A stretch of DNA of 64,000 nucleotides, taken from NCBI GenBank assembly GCA_951406725.2, contig OX597839.1, forward strand, positions 28,892,001 to 28,956,000, given 5' to 3'. This DNA is from Octopus vulgaris (taxonomy: Eukaryota). Below, one piece after another: positions 51,539-64,000 of this stretch. Position 1 is the stretch's first letter, and each line of letters begins with the position of its first letter. The notes beneath the pieces were generated by a model. The model was given only the letters and a program-made list of their open reading frames with translations, ran no database searches and had not been told where the DNA came from. The position numbers and the translations under genes are program-made.

Positions 51539-53187
51539 TGGTTATGATATTATAAAGCATAATAACCCTAGTTATTTTACTGAAAGCAGTGAGATCATCA
51601 AAAATGTAGAAGAGCATGTAACAATAGTTTAGTGAGTTCAAATTAATCATGTGCAGTGATATAGAAAATAAGTTTGAAAGGAGATTCAAGGAAGCACTAT
51701 AAATAGATAAAATGAAAGGCTTAGGTAAAAAAAAAAAGAAGATGGCTTCATATTTGGGGCGAAAGACGGTGGACCAAAACGAAACAGTTGTTGAATACCA
51801 AAAGTAGAGTAAAATATTGTGTTTTATTGGGCTGAGAAAATGTCATTCACACACGCGTGCGCTCGAGAGGAAACGTGTAGCTTAGTGGTTAGGGTGTTGC
51901 CCTCACAATCCTTGTCTGGATTGAGCAAAACACTTCATCTCATGTTGCTCGGAGATCCCTTCAGCACCTGTTCAGGCCACATTGATTTGATGGAGGGAGG
52001 GAGTTAATTTACAGCACAGCCATTTGATTGCCGTAAACAAATCATCTGTGAAGGTTATTCAGCAAGGAATTAGCAAAACTTCCATTCGTCGCCTTTGACA
52101 AGACAGTCCCTAATGCACACTCACACACACATCATATATATATATATATATATATAGGCGTAGGAATGGCTGTATGGTAAGTAGCTTGCTTACCAACCAC
52201 ATGGTTCCGGGTTCACTCCCACTGCATGGCACGTTGGGCAAGTGTCTTCTACTATAGCCCCAGGCCGACCAAAGCCTTGTGAGTGGTATTCAAGGAGGAA
52301 AAAGCTGTGTCAATAATGTTTTCAAGGTCTCATGCCTATCCTACAAAGTGTTCACCACCACCTCCCATGTGTGACAGCTTGGTGAATACAACCAAAAACA
52401 CTGGTTTATCTTATAATATGTATTAGTAATTCAACTGCTGATTCACCCTCATTTAATGTCTACTTTTCCAAGCTTGCACAGATCTTATACATTTTGTTGA
52501 GACAGATTTTTCTGTGGCTTGGATGTTTTTCCTGTCACTTACTTTCACCTGTTTTCATGCAACGTAATATTTTCTCATAGCTGGACATGTTTTTCACAGA
52601 AGACTGATAAAACAAACAACACTGCTTGTCTGACAGTGTTGCTTGTTTCCAACCATCCCCTAATGTCAAGATAAGGATACACACAGACACACATGACAGG
52701 CTTCTTTCAGTTTCCACTACAAAATTCACTCACAAGGCTTTGGTCAGCCTGGAGCTATAGTAAAGGCTCTTACCCAAGGTGCCACATTGTAGAATTGAAC
52801 CTAGGACTACATAGTTGCAACGCAAGCTTCTCAACCACACAGCCATGCTGGTACCTATTCAAATTACTGACATTGATAAAATATTGTTCAATTTCGAGCG
52901 AGGTTGTTGCCAGTGCCGCTGGACTGGCTCCTGTGCAAGTGGCACATAAAAAGCACTATTTGAGCGTGGCCATTGCCAGTACCGCCTGACTAGCCTTCGT
53001 GCTGGTGGCATGTAAAAGCACCCACTACACTCTTGGAGTGGTTGGCGTTAGGAAGGGCATCCAGCTGTAGAAACTCTGCCAGATCAAGTTGAAGTCTCGT
53101 TCACCAGACCTCAGTCAAATCGTCCAACCCATGCTAACATGGAAAGCAGACGTTAAATGATAATGATGATGATGATGATATCTACAC

Positions 53188-53495
53188 CAGGTCTGGCCAA
53201 CTCAAATTACATTGTGGGCCACTTTGATTTCAGAAAGCTTTTTGAGGGCCACTTGTATCCTGACAGAATTGAAAGTGTTTTGTTTCCTCATGCTAATTAT
53301 TACAATAACGAATGAATCATCGTTGATTCAACATGAAATATTATCGTTGCAAAAACAGTCAAATCTCTCTTTTTTACTTTTCATTTACAATCTTTAATTT
53401 TTGATAAATGTTTGTTTAAATAAACCCATTTCAAGAAAGTGACAAGCGGGCTGCAAGATAAAAGTCTGTTTCTGACCTCAGCTTGACCAACCCTG
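53188..53495. mobile_element. hAT-like MITE with 8-bp TSD
   Basis: CAGGTCTGGCCAA...TTGACCAACCCTG; TSD ATCTACAC / ATCCACAC. Confidence 0.75.
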
Positions 53496-55065
53496 ATCCA
53501 CACCAATCGTTTGTTGAGAATATGAAGACTAAGATTAAAGTTTAAAGACTGATACAACTTTTTTTTCTTTGTTTTGAGCTCTTTAAAAACCTTTCTTTTA
53601 AATTAGATTCTTTTACCTTTCACTTGTTTCGGTCCTTAAACTAGGCCATGCTGGGGCACCACCTTGAAGAATTTGTAGTGGAATGAATTGACCTCAGTAC
53701 TTATAATTTTATTTAAGCCTGTTATTTATTCCATTGGTCTCTTTTGCTGAACTGCTGGGTTACATGGACGTAAACACACCAAATAGTGGTTGTCAAGCGG
53801 TGAGGGGTTTAGGGTTAGACACAAAAACACATACAATATATAAATATTACTTGACAACCGATGTTGGTGTGTTTATGTCCCTGTAACTTAGTGGTTTGGC
53901 AAAAGAGACCAATAGAATAAGAACTGGGTTTACCAAGAATAAGTTCTGGGGTCGAATTGTTCAACTGAAGGTGGTGCTCCAGCATGACCACAGTCAGATG
54001 ACTGAAACAAGTAAAAGAATATATATTATATATGCGATGAGCTTCTTTCAGTTTCCGTCCACCAAATCCACTCACAAGGTGTTGGTCAACCCAAACTAGG
54101 AGATACTTATGCAGAAATTTTAAGAAATTTTGTTCTCACAATCTGTGTGGTGCCCCAACATTTTAGTGTCCAAGACGATGACCTTGTTTGCCCAGTGCAC
54201 AGTGTGACCTCTGGCAGTGTAATTAAATATTAGCTAAGGATACAACAAAGAATTTCTGTTTGCCATACATATCTTTAACCTTGACCTTACAACATACTTT
54301 GACCTGTCATGTCGCCTAATTCCAGTGGAGTTAAGAGGATATCGTCTTCTTTTAATCCCATCACTTACACTCAATTTTCATTGTTGTTATGGCAGCCCCA
54401 TTATCTTAATCCTGTAGTATTCAGATTTGTCTATCCCATGCAATGCTTATTTAGTCACAGTTTTCAATTAATCATGCATTGCCTCATAGCTTTAAGATTT
54501 CAGACGTAATTATTTTTCGAGCAGCATTGTAGCCTAGGTGTAAGAGGCAAGATATGGCCAGTTTGAACATAAACCAGAATATTTGAGCTGGATAGGACCA
54601 ATGCCTGAAATTTTGGGGTAGGGCGGCCATTCAATTAGATCAATCCCAGTATGCAACTGGTACTTAATTTATCGACCTCAAAAGGATGGAAGGCAAAGTT
54701 GACCTCGGCAGAATTTGAACTCAGAACATAAAGACAGATGAAATACTGCTAAGCATTTCACCTGGCATCCTAACGTTTCTTATTTCGTTATTGCCCACAG
54801 GGGCTAAACATAGAAGGGACAAACAAACGAAATTATGTCGATTAGATCGACCCCAGTGCGTAACTGGTAATTAATTTATTGACCCCAAAAAGATGAAAGG
54901 CAAAGTTGACCTCGGCGGGATTTGAGCTCAGAACGTAACGCCAGACGAAATACTGTTAAGCATTTCGCCCGGCGTGCAAACGTTTCTGCCAGCTTGCCGC
55001 CTTTCTCTTGGTAGTATTTCTGTGTTCTAATGCAAAATCCACTTTGAAGTGGTGACTATATTATC

Positions 55066-56698
55066 TGGAAGCAAACAACATTGTGTGAATGACATTTTTG
55101 TTTACTAAGATCATGCAACCAGTGCCATCTTAAGACATCAGCACACTGGGCAGCTGCCCAGGGGTCTCACAGGATCTAGGGGCCCACATCTGATCTATGT
55201 ACACTGTGGCTGAGTGGTAAGTAGCTTGCTTTCCAACCACATCATTCTGGGTTCAGTCCCATTGCATGGCACCTTGAGCAAGTGTCTTCTACTGTAGCCT
55301 TCGGCCGACCAAAGCCTTGTGAGTGGATTTGGTTGATGGAAACTGAAAGAAGCCTGTCGTATATATATATACCTTTGTGTCTGTGTTTGTCCCCTGCCTC
55401 ATTGTTTGACAACCAATGTTGGTGTGTTTATGTCCCCATAACTTAGTGGTTGAGCAAAAGGGTCTGATAGAATAATTACTAGGCTTACAAAAAGTAAGTT
55501 TTGGGGTCAGTTTCTTTGAGTAAAAACCCTTTAAGGTGGTGCTCCAGCATGGCCGCAGTTAAATGACTGCAGCAAGTAAAAGAACAAAAGAATCTGTAGC
55601 ATATGAATTAGGAATGTGTATTAGAGGCTGTGTGGTGAGTAGCTTGCTTACCAACCACATGGTTCAGGGTTCATTCCTACTGTGTGGCACCTTCGGCTAG
55701 TGTCTTCTACTATAGCCTCGGGCCGACCAAAGCCTTGTGAGTGGATTTAGTAGAAGGAAACTGAAAGGAGCGCATCGTATATATGTATATATATGTGCGT
55801 GTGTGTTTGTCCCCCCAACATTGCTTGACAACCGATGCTGGTGTGTTTACGTCCCCGTAACTTAGTTGTTCGGCAAAAGAGACCAATAGAATAAGTACTA
55901 GGCTTACAAAAGAATAAGTCCTGGGGTCAATTTGCTTGACTAAAGGCGGTGCTCCAGCATGGCCACAGGCAAATGACTGAAACAAGTAAAAGAGAAATAG
56001 TATGCTGGAGGCTGTGTCAATTTGTATTTATCTTAGTTTCTGGTGGGTTTCTTCATTTGCTGTTTGTTCAATGGCTTCATTAAGTGTCGTTTACTTACAG
56101 TCCCCTCTGAAAGCATGTCTTGATATGTTGCACGCAGAGCCATTTTAGCAAAATTATAAGTCCCTAGGCCAATCCTTACACTGGATTCTATAGTATTTAC
56201 TCATTGACAGCAAGCCACAACATCCATAGATCAGAATATGGGCCCCCTAGACTCGTGAAGTCCCCGGGAAAATTAATGTAGTGGTCCCTATAGTATTTAT
56301 CTTTTAATTAGTATCCCATGGCATAATCAGAATTTTAACCCCTAAACCTGTGATGGCCCTGGGCAATGCAATGGGCCCATTAGTATTTATTCACAGATCA
56401 GAATTAGGACCCTAGGCTTGTGTAGCCCCTAGGGAAATCAATGCTCTGGGCTCTATAGTATTTGTTTATTGATAGTAAACCACAGCATGCATAGATTAAA
56501 AGTAGATCCTAGACTCTAAAGCCCCTGTGTAAATCAATGATTTGGGCCCTGTAGTAATTTATTGACAGTAAGCGACAGTGTACATAGATCAGATGTGGGC
56601 CCCTGAGCAACTGCCCAGTGTGTCAATGTCTCAAGATGGCACTGGTTGCACGATTTTTGTAAGCAAAAAGCTCATTTATACACTGTTGTTCGTTTCCA
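55066..56698. mobile_element. Foldback/hAT-like element with long inverted arms, internal ~100-bp tandem repeats and two SINE-A insertions
   Basis: 55066-55211 is reverse-complementary to 56571-56698; degenerate repeats at 56160-56600. Confidence 0.7.
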
Positions 56699-59581
56699 TT
56701 TCTCCACCTTAATCGTGCCTGGACAGTTTGTTGTTTGACTGACAGACCGAGAGATTGTTACCCCTCTTGGGAATAGGCGACGGTTGGCAACCGGAAGTGT
56801 GTCCAGCCACAGTAAACACTGCCCCAACACACATTCATCTGACCCCCACCGGACCGTGGAGAAGTAAATGGAAAAGTACAACGGCATCGAAAAAGACGAT
56901 GATACGAACATTACACAGTCTTTCGTTTGATTTGGATGGAGAAGACTTTTGTTGCTGACAAAGTATAAGAAATGTTCCAATGTCAGAGCATCATAATCTA
57001 CTTAACTACGAAACAATAGCGACAGGAATCAAATAACAAAACCAAGGGCAGCTTGACGTTAAATTTTTGTCACTTCAGATTTTCACACAAAGGGATGAAT
57101 AATGTCAAGTGAAAGAATTAAAGTGGGATGACTTGAGAGACCATTTTAGAAGATGTGTTTGACAAGGGATGGGGCTGGCTTCTCACATTGTGTGGACGTG
57201 AAAATGTGCATAGATTTGCTTTTGATTGTGTACATGTATGAATGTATATCTTTGTCTTACCCATGCATGTGTGGTAAAATGGACATTAAAGTGATGTGTG
57301 TACCTGTGTGTGAGTGTATATAATGTATGTACATACGCACACACATATATATACACATATACATGCATACACACACATATATATAAATTTATATACACAC
57401 ACACACATATACATACATATACACACAAAAAAAAATATATATATACACACACACAAACATATATATATATATATACACATACAAACATATATATATATAT
57501 ATACACATACAAACATATATATATATATATATACATACACACACGCACACAAACAAACATATATATATATATATGATATCCTGGAAGTACTCAAAATTCA
57601 AGGAGTAAAATTTCTGTCAAATAATTAAAGCCCAAGTGCTAAACCAGTTTCTGCCAATATTTCAACAACTAAGACAGATATTTAATACTTAACATACTTG
57701 ACTCAAGGATTATTGAAATAACAGCCTGAGGGGATTGTAGTCATAACAATCTGGAACCCGGACGCTGATTAGAAAACAACCACCACCTCAAAACAACAAA
57801 GAAAATCTCTTTCTTTCCATTGTTTGCTTTAAAATTCCCTTTAAATATTGACTAAATTTTTTTTCAAATTTCCTTGTTTTATAAGCACGGACTTAGGCAT
57901 GGCTGTGTAGTAAGAAGCTTGCTTTCCAATCACATGGTTCTAAGTTCAGTCCCACTGCATAGCACCATGGGAAAGTGTTTTCAACTATAAGCTTCAGGCT
58001 AGTCAAAGACTTGTGTGTGGATTTGGTAGATGGAAACTGAAAGAAACCCATCGTCATCATCATTGTTTAATGTCCACTTTCCATGCTGGCATGGGTTGGA
58101 CGGTTTGACTAAGGTCTGGAGAGCCAGCAGCTGCACCAGGCTCCAGTCTTATCTGGCAATGTTTCTACAGCTGGAAGCCCTTCCTGATGCCAACCACTCC
58201 GAGAGTGTAATGGGTGCTTTTTCCGGTCAGGCGGGCCTGGCATCGATCACATTTGGATAGTGCTTCTTACGTGCCACCGGCATAGGGGCCAGTCATGGGG
58301 TACTGGCATCGGCCACGTTCGGTTGGTGCTTTTTACATGCCACCAGCACGTGGGAACCAGTCAGAATGTGTATATATATGTGTGTGTGTTTCTCCTTCCA
58401 CCTCCACAATACTTGACAACCGGTGTTGGTGTGTTTACAATCCCTGTAACTTAACAGTTCAAAAGATTGAGAGAATAAGTATCAGGTTTTAAAAAAAAAA
58501 GTTCTGGGGTTGACTCATTCAACTAAAAATTCTTGATGGCGGTGCCCCAGCCTGGCCACAGTCTAATGGCTGAAACAAGTAATAGCTGAGCGACAAAACC
58601 AGCTTTGATTCAGCAGACTTCAACGCAAATGAATCTGGTGATGGAGTTGTGACTGTCTCAGTCTTTCATTTCAAACATAGTGTATCTTGGACTATGTTGT
58701 GCAATGTGCTCTGTGATTTTAATGAGGTTTAACCCTTATTCTTAATTTTTAGTAGGGTAACCAATAATACAGATGCTACCCAACCCCACTGGATTGGTTA
58801 ATTAGCAGTTAAATACTAGGATGAAGGTAGAAACTAAGTTATGGGAGGGATTGACTGGCCCCCGTGCCGGTGGCACCTAAAAAGCACCCACTGCACTCTT
58901 GGAGTGGTTGGCGTTAGGAAGGGCATCCAGCCGTAGAAACTCTGCCAAATCAAGATTTGGAGCCTGGTGCAGCCATCTGGTTCGCCCGCCCCCAGTCAAA
59001 ATCGTCCAACCCATGCTAGCATGGCAAGCGGATGTTAAACGATGATGATGATGATATATACACACACACACACATATACATATATATATAACTGCTACTT
59101 GATAAAGAAAGATAGGGATTATGGATAGCATATAGAAGAGAGATAACTCAGAGGAACCTGGCAGTGCTTAAGAGCCTTCTACATGAGAAAATAGAGACAC
59201 ACAGCTGTCGCTCAGTCATATTAATATAGTTATTCTACACAATAATTTTAAGTAATGATATATGAAGGAAAACTCAGCAACATTCAGCTGGTATCAGGCA
59301 CTGAACCAGATGTAATTTGCAACTAAAACCCTTTTTTCTCCCCATCATCCTGTTATATACAGATATATATAAGGCTTCTTTCAGTTTCTGTTTACCTGTC
59401 AGAAATTGGTGGGCGGCTTTATACTGTGTTGCTAACAAGCTCTGTTGTAATACAGGACGGTTTACTTCAATGAGGCAGGATGTATGAATTCCATAGAGAC
59501 GTACAAGCAGGAAGAATTTAATGGCACGGTGGCGTGGGGGTTGTCTTATAATCCAAACATTGCAACAAGGAAACATGTTTG

Positions 59582-59612
<31 letters not shown>

Positions 59613-59991
59613 TCTAAAGAACAAACAACCAACAACAAAGAAGAAAAAACGAAACATTGCAGTTTTAATACAGGTTAAATATATACACACAGACATACAT
59701 TTGCCTTTGTATGTATGTGAAAACACACACACACACACACACAGGTGCAACACGGATCTTCTGGAGACTGACAGTTTGGAACCTCTTATAATTTGCATTA
59801 ATTAACACTAATGTATGGGTACCTGTATTTTAGTTAATTAAGTAAATTTAATATTTATTTAATTTAGAGTGTGTTGATGAAGGTGACCACACCTGGATTG
59901 AAAAAAATTCAGTTTTCAGGAAAAATCAATGCCGTACCTATGTGTGTGTGTGTGTGTGTGTGTATGTATATATATATATATGCATATATGT

Positions 59992-60029
<38 letters not shown>

Positions 60030-60612
60030 CCAACTTGAAACAGAAAGGAGTATGGAACTACACAATGGGTTTCTGGGTTTCTCAGGCAGGCATTAGATGC
60101 TTGATTTGAAAGCTGTCCCTGGATGTGAGGTCCTTTCTCTTTCAAATTTGTGTTTACAGTGTCTAATTACTGCATATGTGAAAATCCTAACGGTTCGTTC
60201 CTAATCTCTGTCCTGATGTTCACTGTTGGTTTACACCTGTGTCACCTGCTTGGTGACTTAATATTCCTCTCACCTGTCGACACCTTTTTAATTGGTAAGC
60301 TTTCAAAGAGAAATGGAACAGCAAGGTCAACAACCTGGCACAGATTCTGTGTGATGGTCCAATCTCTTATTGTGTTCACATGCATTTGGGGAGGGAGGAG
60401 GGAAAACTGGGGTGAGGGTTAAATCCTGAGGAGAGGCCTGAAGGACTTGGGATGGTAAATGACTAAAAGATGAAGGAAGCCATCGCATGACAATATCTCC
60501 TTGCCATCAGCAGATGTTTGACTAACAATAACAATCAATCACAAAGACACAGCTTCTATTAATCAGGCTGACACACAGACAGACTCCAGTCAGTTAACCA
60601 GGAATGTTCATC

Positions 60613-60626
60613 GTCTCCATGGCAAC
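60613..60626. promoter_or_regulatory. RFX X-box-like motif
   Basis: GTCTCCATGGCAAC fits GTNNCCATGGNAAC and lies in non-repeat sequence. Confidence 0.4.
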
Positions 60627-60667
60627 CGAAACCCAACGACAAAGAGGAGAAAGTGTCTTGTAGGATC

Positions 60668-60864
60668 TTAGGCCAAGGCCTTTTGTTTCTCTGTTGTCTG
60701 TTCTAGACTTTGGATGCTGAGGTTGACTCTGTTGTAGTCCAGTTGTAAACCTTCGGCAGCAGGGCCCAGGAGGAGGGGCTTTTGGTGCAGTGAAGTCTTC
60801 ATTAATTGTCTCAGGCATTCTCTGGAAGCCATCTCTTCAGCAATTGTGACCGTCTCTCCAGGAG
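60668..60864 (-). other. Candidate terminal exon (possibly coding, unidentified product)
   Basis: Strong acceptor TTTTCTTTTCTTGTTCTGCAG| then an open frame PGETVTIAEEMASRECLRQLMKTSLHQKPLLLG...KALA*; no family recognised. Confidence 0.3.
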
Positions 60865-62134
60865 CTGCAGAACAAGAAAAGAAAATGTGAGAGAGAGAGA
60901 GAAAAGGGACCCCCCCCACTGGATTTGATTTGTCTGACTAAAACACATCAAGGCAGTGCTCCAGCATGACCACAGTCCAATGACTGAAACAAGTAGAAAA
61001 TAACCACCACCACCACATCCAGTGCCACCCCCAACCACTGCTGTCGTGTCAAAGATGAACTACAGTACACCCGCTTACCACCCAATTCATTTTACATTGG
61101 AGTTTACTCTATTGTAACCCAACCATTGTGTTCTTACAGTCCTCATTGTTTTAACATCTGTTCTTTGTCAGTGGCACCAGGCAACCTGGGTGTCAATGAA
61201 CCTGGTTTGCTCTTTCGCTCTTTTGTGGGTGTGTACTTGTTTATAACCTGTGTGTACTTATATATATATCCCAAAAAACATCAACAGTGTTAACCTTTGT
61301 TTTCTAAAACAGCTTGAGGAGAGAGCGAGGGCATGTCATAACTGTAACTGTAGCTCTTTGACCTTTGAGTACTTGACTAATCAAATGTAGGCTGTTAGAT
61401 TCCAGTGAAAAGAACTTGTAACTTGTTTTACTTGGATAAGGGAGGAGGCGGGGGGGGAAGCAAAACTGTTCCGTTAGACAAAAACCTGAGCAAGAAATGC
61501 AAGGAAGAGAGATTGACTTCCAGGGATTCTACGGGGACAAACACTACTTTCACATGCTCAAAAATAAAACTATTGATTGGCTCATCTTTGAGAGAAAAGG
61601 GCTGTGTTTGTGTGTGTATGTGTTTATATGTGGTACCCCAGTTTGATCACATCATGTGGTGACTAGTATGAAGATGCAGCTACCTTAAGCTAGGCAGACT
61701 CAAAAGAAAACATGATATACAGCAATCCCTTGCCATATCGTGGTTTATTATTTAAGGTGACGTCGGTTCCTTTTCTCTTTACTCTTTTTACTCTTTTACT
61801 TGTTTCAGTCATTTGACTGCGGCCATACTTTGTGGTGTTGTTTTGCATTTATTCTAAAATAATAAATACAAATTATATAAATAATTAGAAAAAATATACA
61901 GTACAGTACTGTTTCTATTTCACGGATTTTCATCTATTGCGGGGTGGTTTTGGGATGTAACACCCATGATAGTTGAGGGACTAATATATATATAGGCACA
62001 GGAGTGGCTGTGTGGTAAGTAGTTTGCTTACCAACCACATGGTTCCAGGTTCAATCCCACTGCATGACATCTTGGGCAAGTGTCAACCAAGGCCTTGTGA
62101 GTGGGTCTGGTAGATGGAAACTGAAAGAAACCGT

Positions 62135-62173
<39 letters not shown>

Positions 62174-63203
62174 CAGGTTTTTCAGTTTCTAGTATACATG
62201 CATGGAACCGAGTATATACTCAATTCCTGTGCAGCAAGGGTTAACTGCACCTTGAGCCCCTTTGGGACCCTATTATCATTATGGCTTACCATACTTTCAA
62301 GACACCCTCCTCCATTGCTGATTATGTTGCCAATTGTTTCCCCTCTCCCTTGTTTTCATCTTTGGACTGTAGCCAGGGCCAGGCTGGGGCACTGCCTTGA
62401 GGGGTTTAGGGTTTTTGAATCAAACCCGGTACTTATTTCATTTCAATAAGTAAGTATGGTGTAAGAAGCTTTCTTCCTAACCACATGGCTCTGGGTTCAG
62501 TCCCAATGCGTGGCACCTTCGGCAAGTGTCTTCTACTATAGCCTTGGGCTGACCAAAGCCTTGTGAGTGGATTTGGTAGACGGAAACTGAAAGAAGCCTG
62601 TCGTATATATGTATATGTGCGTATATATTTGTGTGCGTGTGTGTATCTTTGTGTCTGTGTTTGTCTCCCCACCACTGCTTGACAACCGGTGTTGGTGTGT
62701 TTATGTCCTTGTAACTTAGTGGTTCGGTAATAGAGACCGATAGAATACGTGCCTGGCTTAAAAATAATAAAATCCTAGGCTCGACCTGTTCGACTGAAAT
62801 CCTTCAAAGTGGTGCTCCAGCATGACCGAAACAAATAAAAGAATGAGAGGAGAGAGAGAGAGAAGGAGATGTAGAATCAAAGTGCCAATGAGGTGAGCTG
62901 GAAATTAGAGAAAAAGAATAAAAATTAAGAAAAAAAAATCACCATGTTCATTACCTGTGCATGTTGACCTTTGTTTACCATACAAACAGTTTAATGACCT
63001 TTCTACACCACCACCACCACCACCACCACCACCATAGCCACTGTTGCTTGCCGTTTGGCATCCCCTGCCTCCACCTGAGCAATTGGGCAACATTTCAATC
63101 ACTCCGCCCCCCCCCCCACTGCATTTCACTCACCACCTGCCGCTTGTATGCAGTGATGTATTTGATAAGGCAGTCATTTGCGTTAAATGATGAGGAAGAT
63201 AAC

Positions 63204-63234
<31 letters not shown>

Positions 63235-63348
63235 TTGTTGAGGAGGAGGAAGGTAGCATACAGTTGCCATTTAAAAGCAATTTACAGGTATATATATATA
63301 GATATATAAATATATAGACACACACACACATATGTATGTATGTCTATG

Positions 63349-63381
<33 letters not shown>

Positions 63382-64000
63382 ATGAATAATAGACTTGGCC
63401 TTTATACAAAATTGCCAGCAGCTCAAAAGGCATTTTCAGACAGAGGAAAGGAGGTGGGGCTGGGGGAAGGAAGAGGAGGAGGAGGAGGAGATTGTGGATG
63501 AGGAAGTGAGTTATCTAATCACCACCACCACCACCACCAACATCACCCTCTGTTGCTAGCATCAGCACCACCATCGCCGCTGCTACCTCTACCACAGCCA
63601 ATCAACCACCACCACCAACACACAAAAGCTGTTATAGTATTTTCTCCCCCCCCCCCACTGGTTCAATCATCCAAGGATTGCATCACATGATGCCCGTGCC
63701 CCCACGTCTCTTACACACACCTACGTTAAATCATCATCATTCCAGCATGGACCACTCATGACCAACATGATGATGATGATGATGATGTAACGCCAACAAC
63801 AATGACACCATCATCGACCCAACCTGGTAAACGCCACCCTCGCTCGACCTTCCTTCACTCACTGCACCCCAAAGCCCTACCCCAATGCCAAGATGGAACC
63901 CTCTGCATCTACAATCATACTTGTTACACCCACTCTGCTGCCAACCAAATGTTTTACCGTCTGCTCATAAGGGGGGGGGGGAGGCAACCAAAAAACTTCC

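Noticed and set aside
56672-56980. Complex-looking ORFs
   Set aside because: The sequence is a decayed family C relative (GGTTGGCAAC.GGAAG.G..TCCAGCC...GATGAT tail).

Overview
Repeat-saturated, essentially non-coding animal DNA. The very dense (TA)n/(CA)n/(GA)n/(GAT)n microsatellites and the recurring SINE families look like a coleoid cephalopod (Octopus-like) genome; this is recognition from memory, not a search result. No intact protein-coding gene is supported, and almost all ORF-track entries are microsatellite or SINE translations. Recognisable content: four SINE-like families (called A-D here), decayed LINE fragments (three RTE-type ORF pieces, an RTE 5' region, a CR1/L2-like tail, an RLE-type tail), a mariner transposase relic, piggyBac-, hAT- and Merlin-like MITEs, a non-autonomous Helitron, a 5S rRNA pseudogene and a 5' U2 snRNA fragment. 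Two CpG-rich promoter-like zones (~29.5-31.4 kb, ~49.8 kb) appear to start spliced, probably non-coding transcripts. Two signals stand out. (1) About twelve hammerhead-ribozyme-shaped motifs from roughly seven short element families, mostly beside (TA)n tracts, including one with an intact core and a four-copy family with a fixed CUGUNGA core variant. (2) A candidate 90-nt exon bracketed by two crossed inverted-repeat pairs, one a MITE-spacer-MITE unit with a near-identical centre, which is a candidate dsRNA/editing/splicing switch. Coordinates were counted by eye; element ends may be off by some bases.
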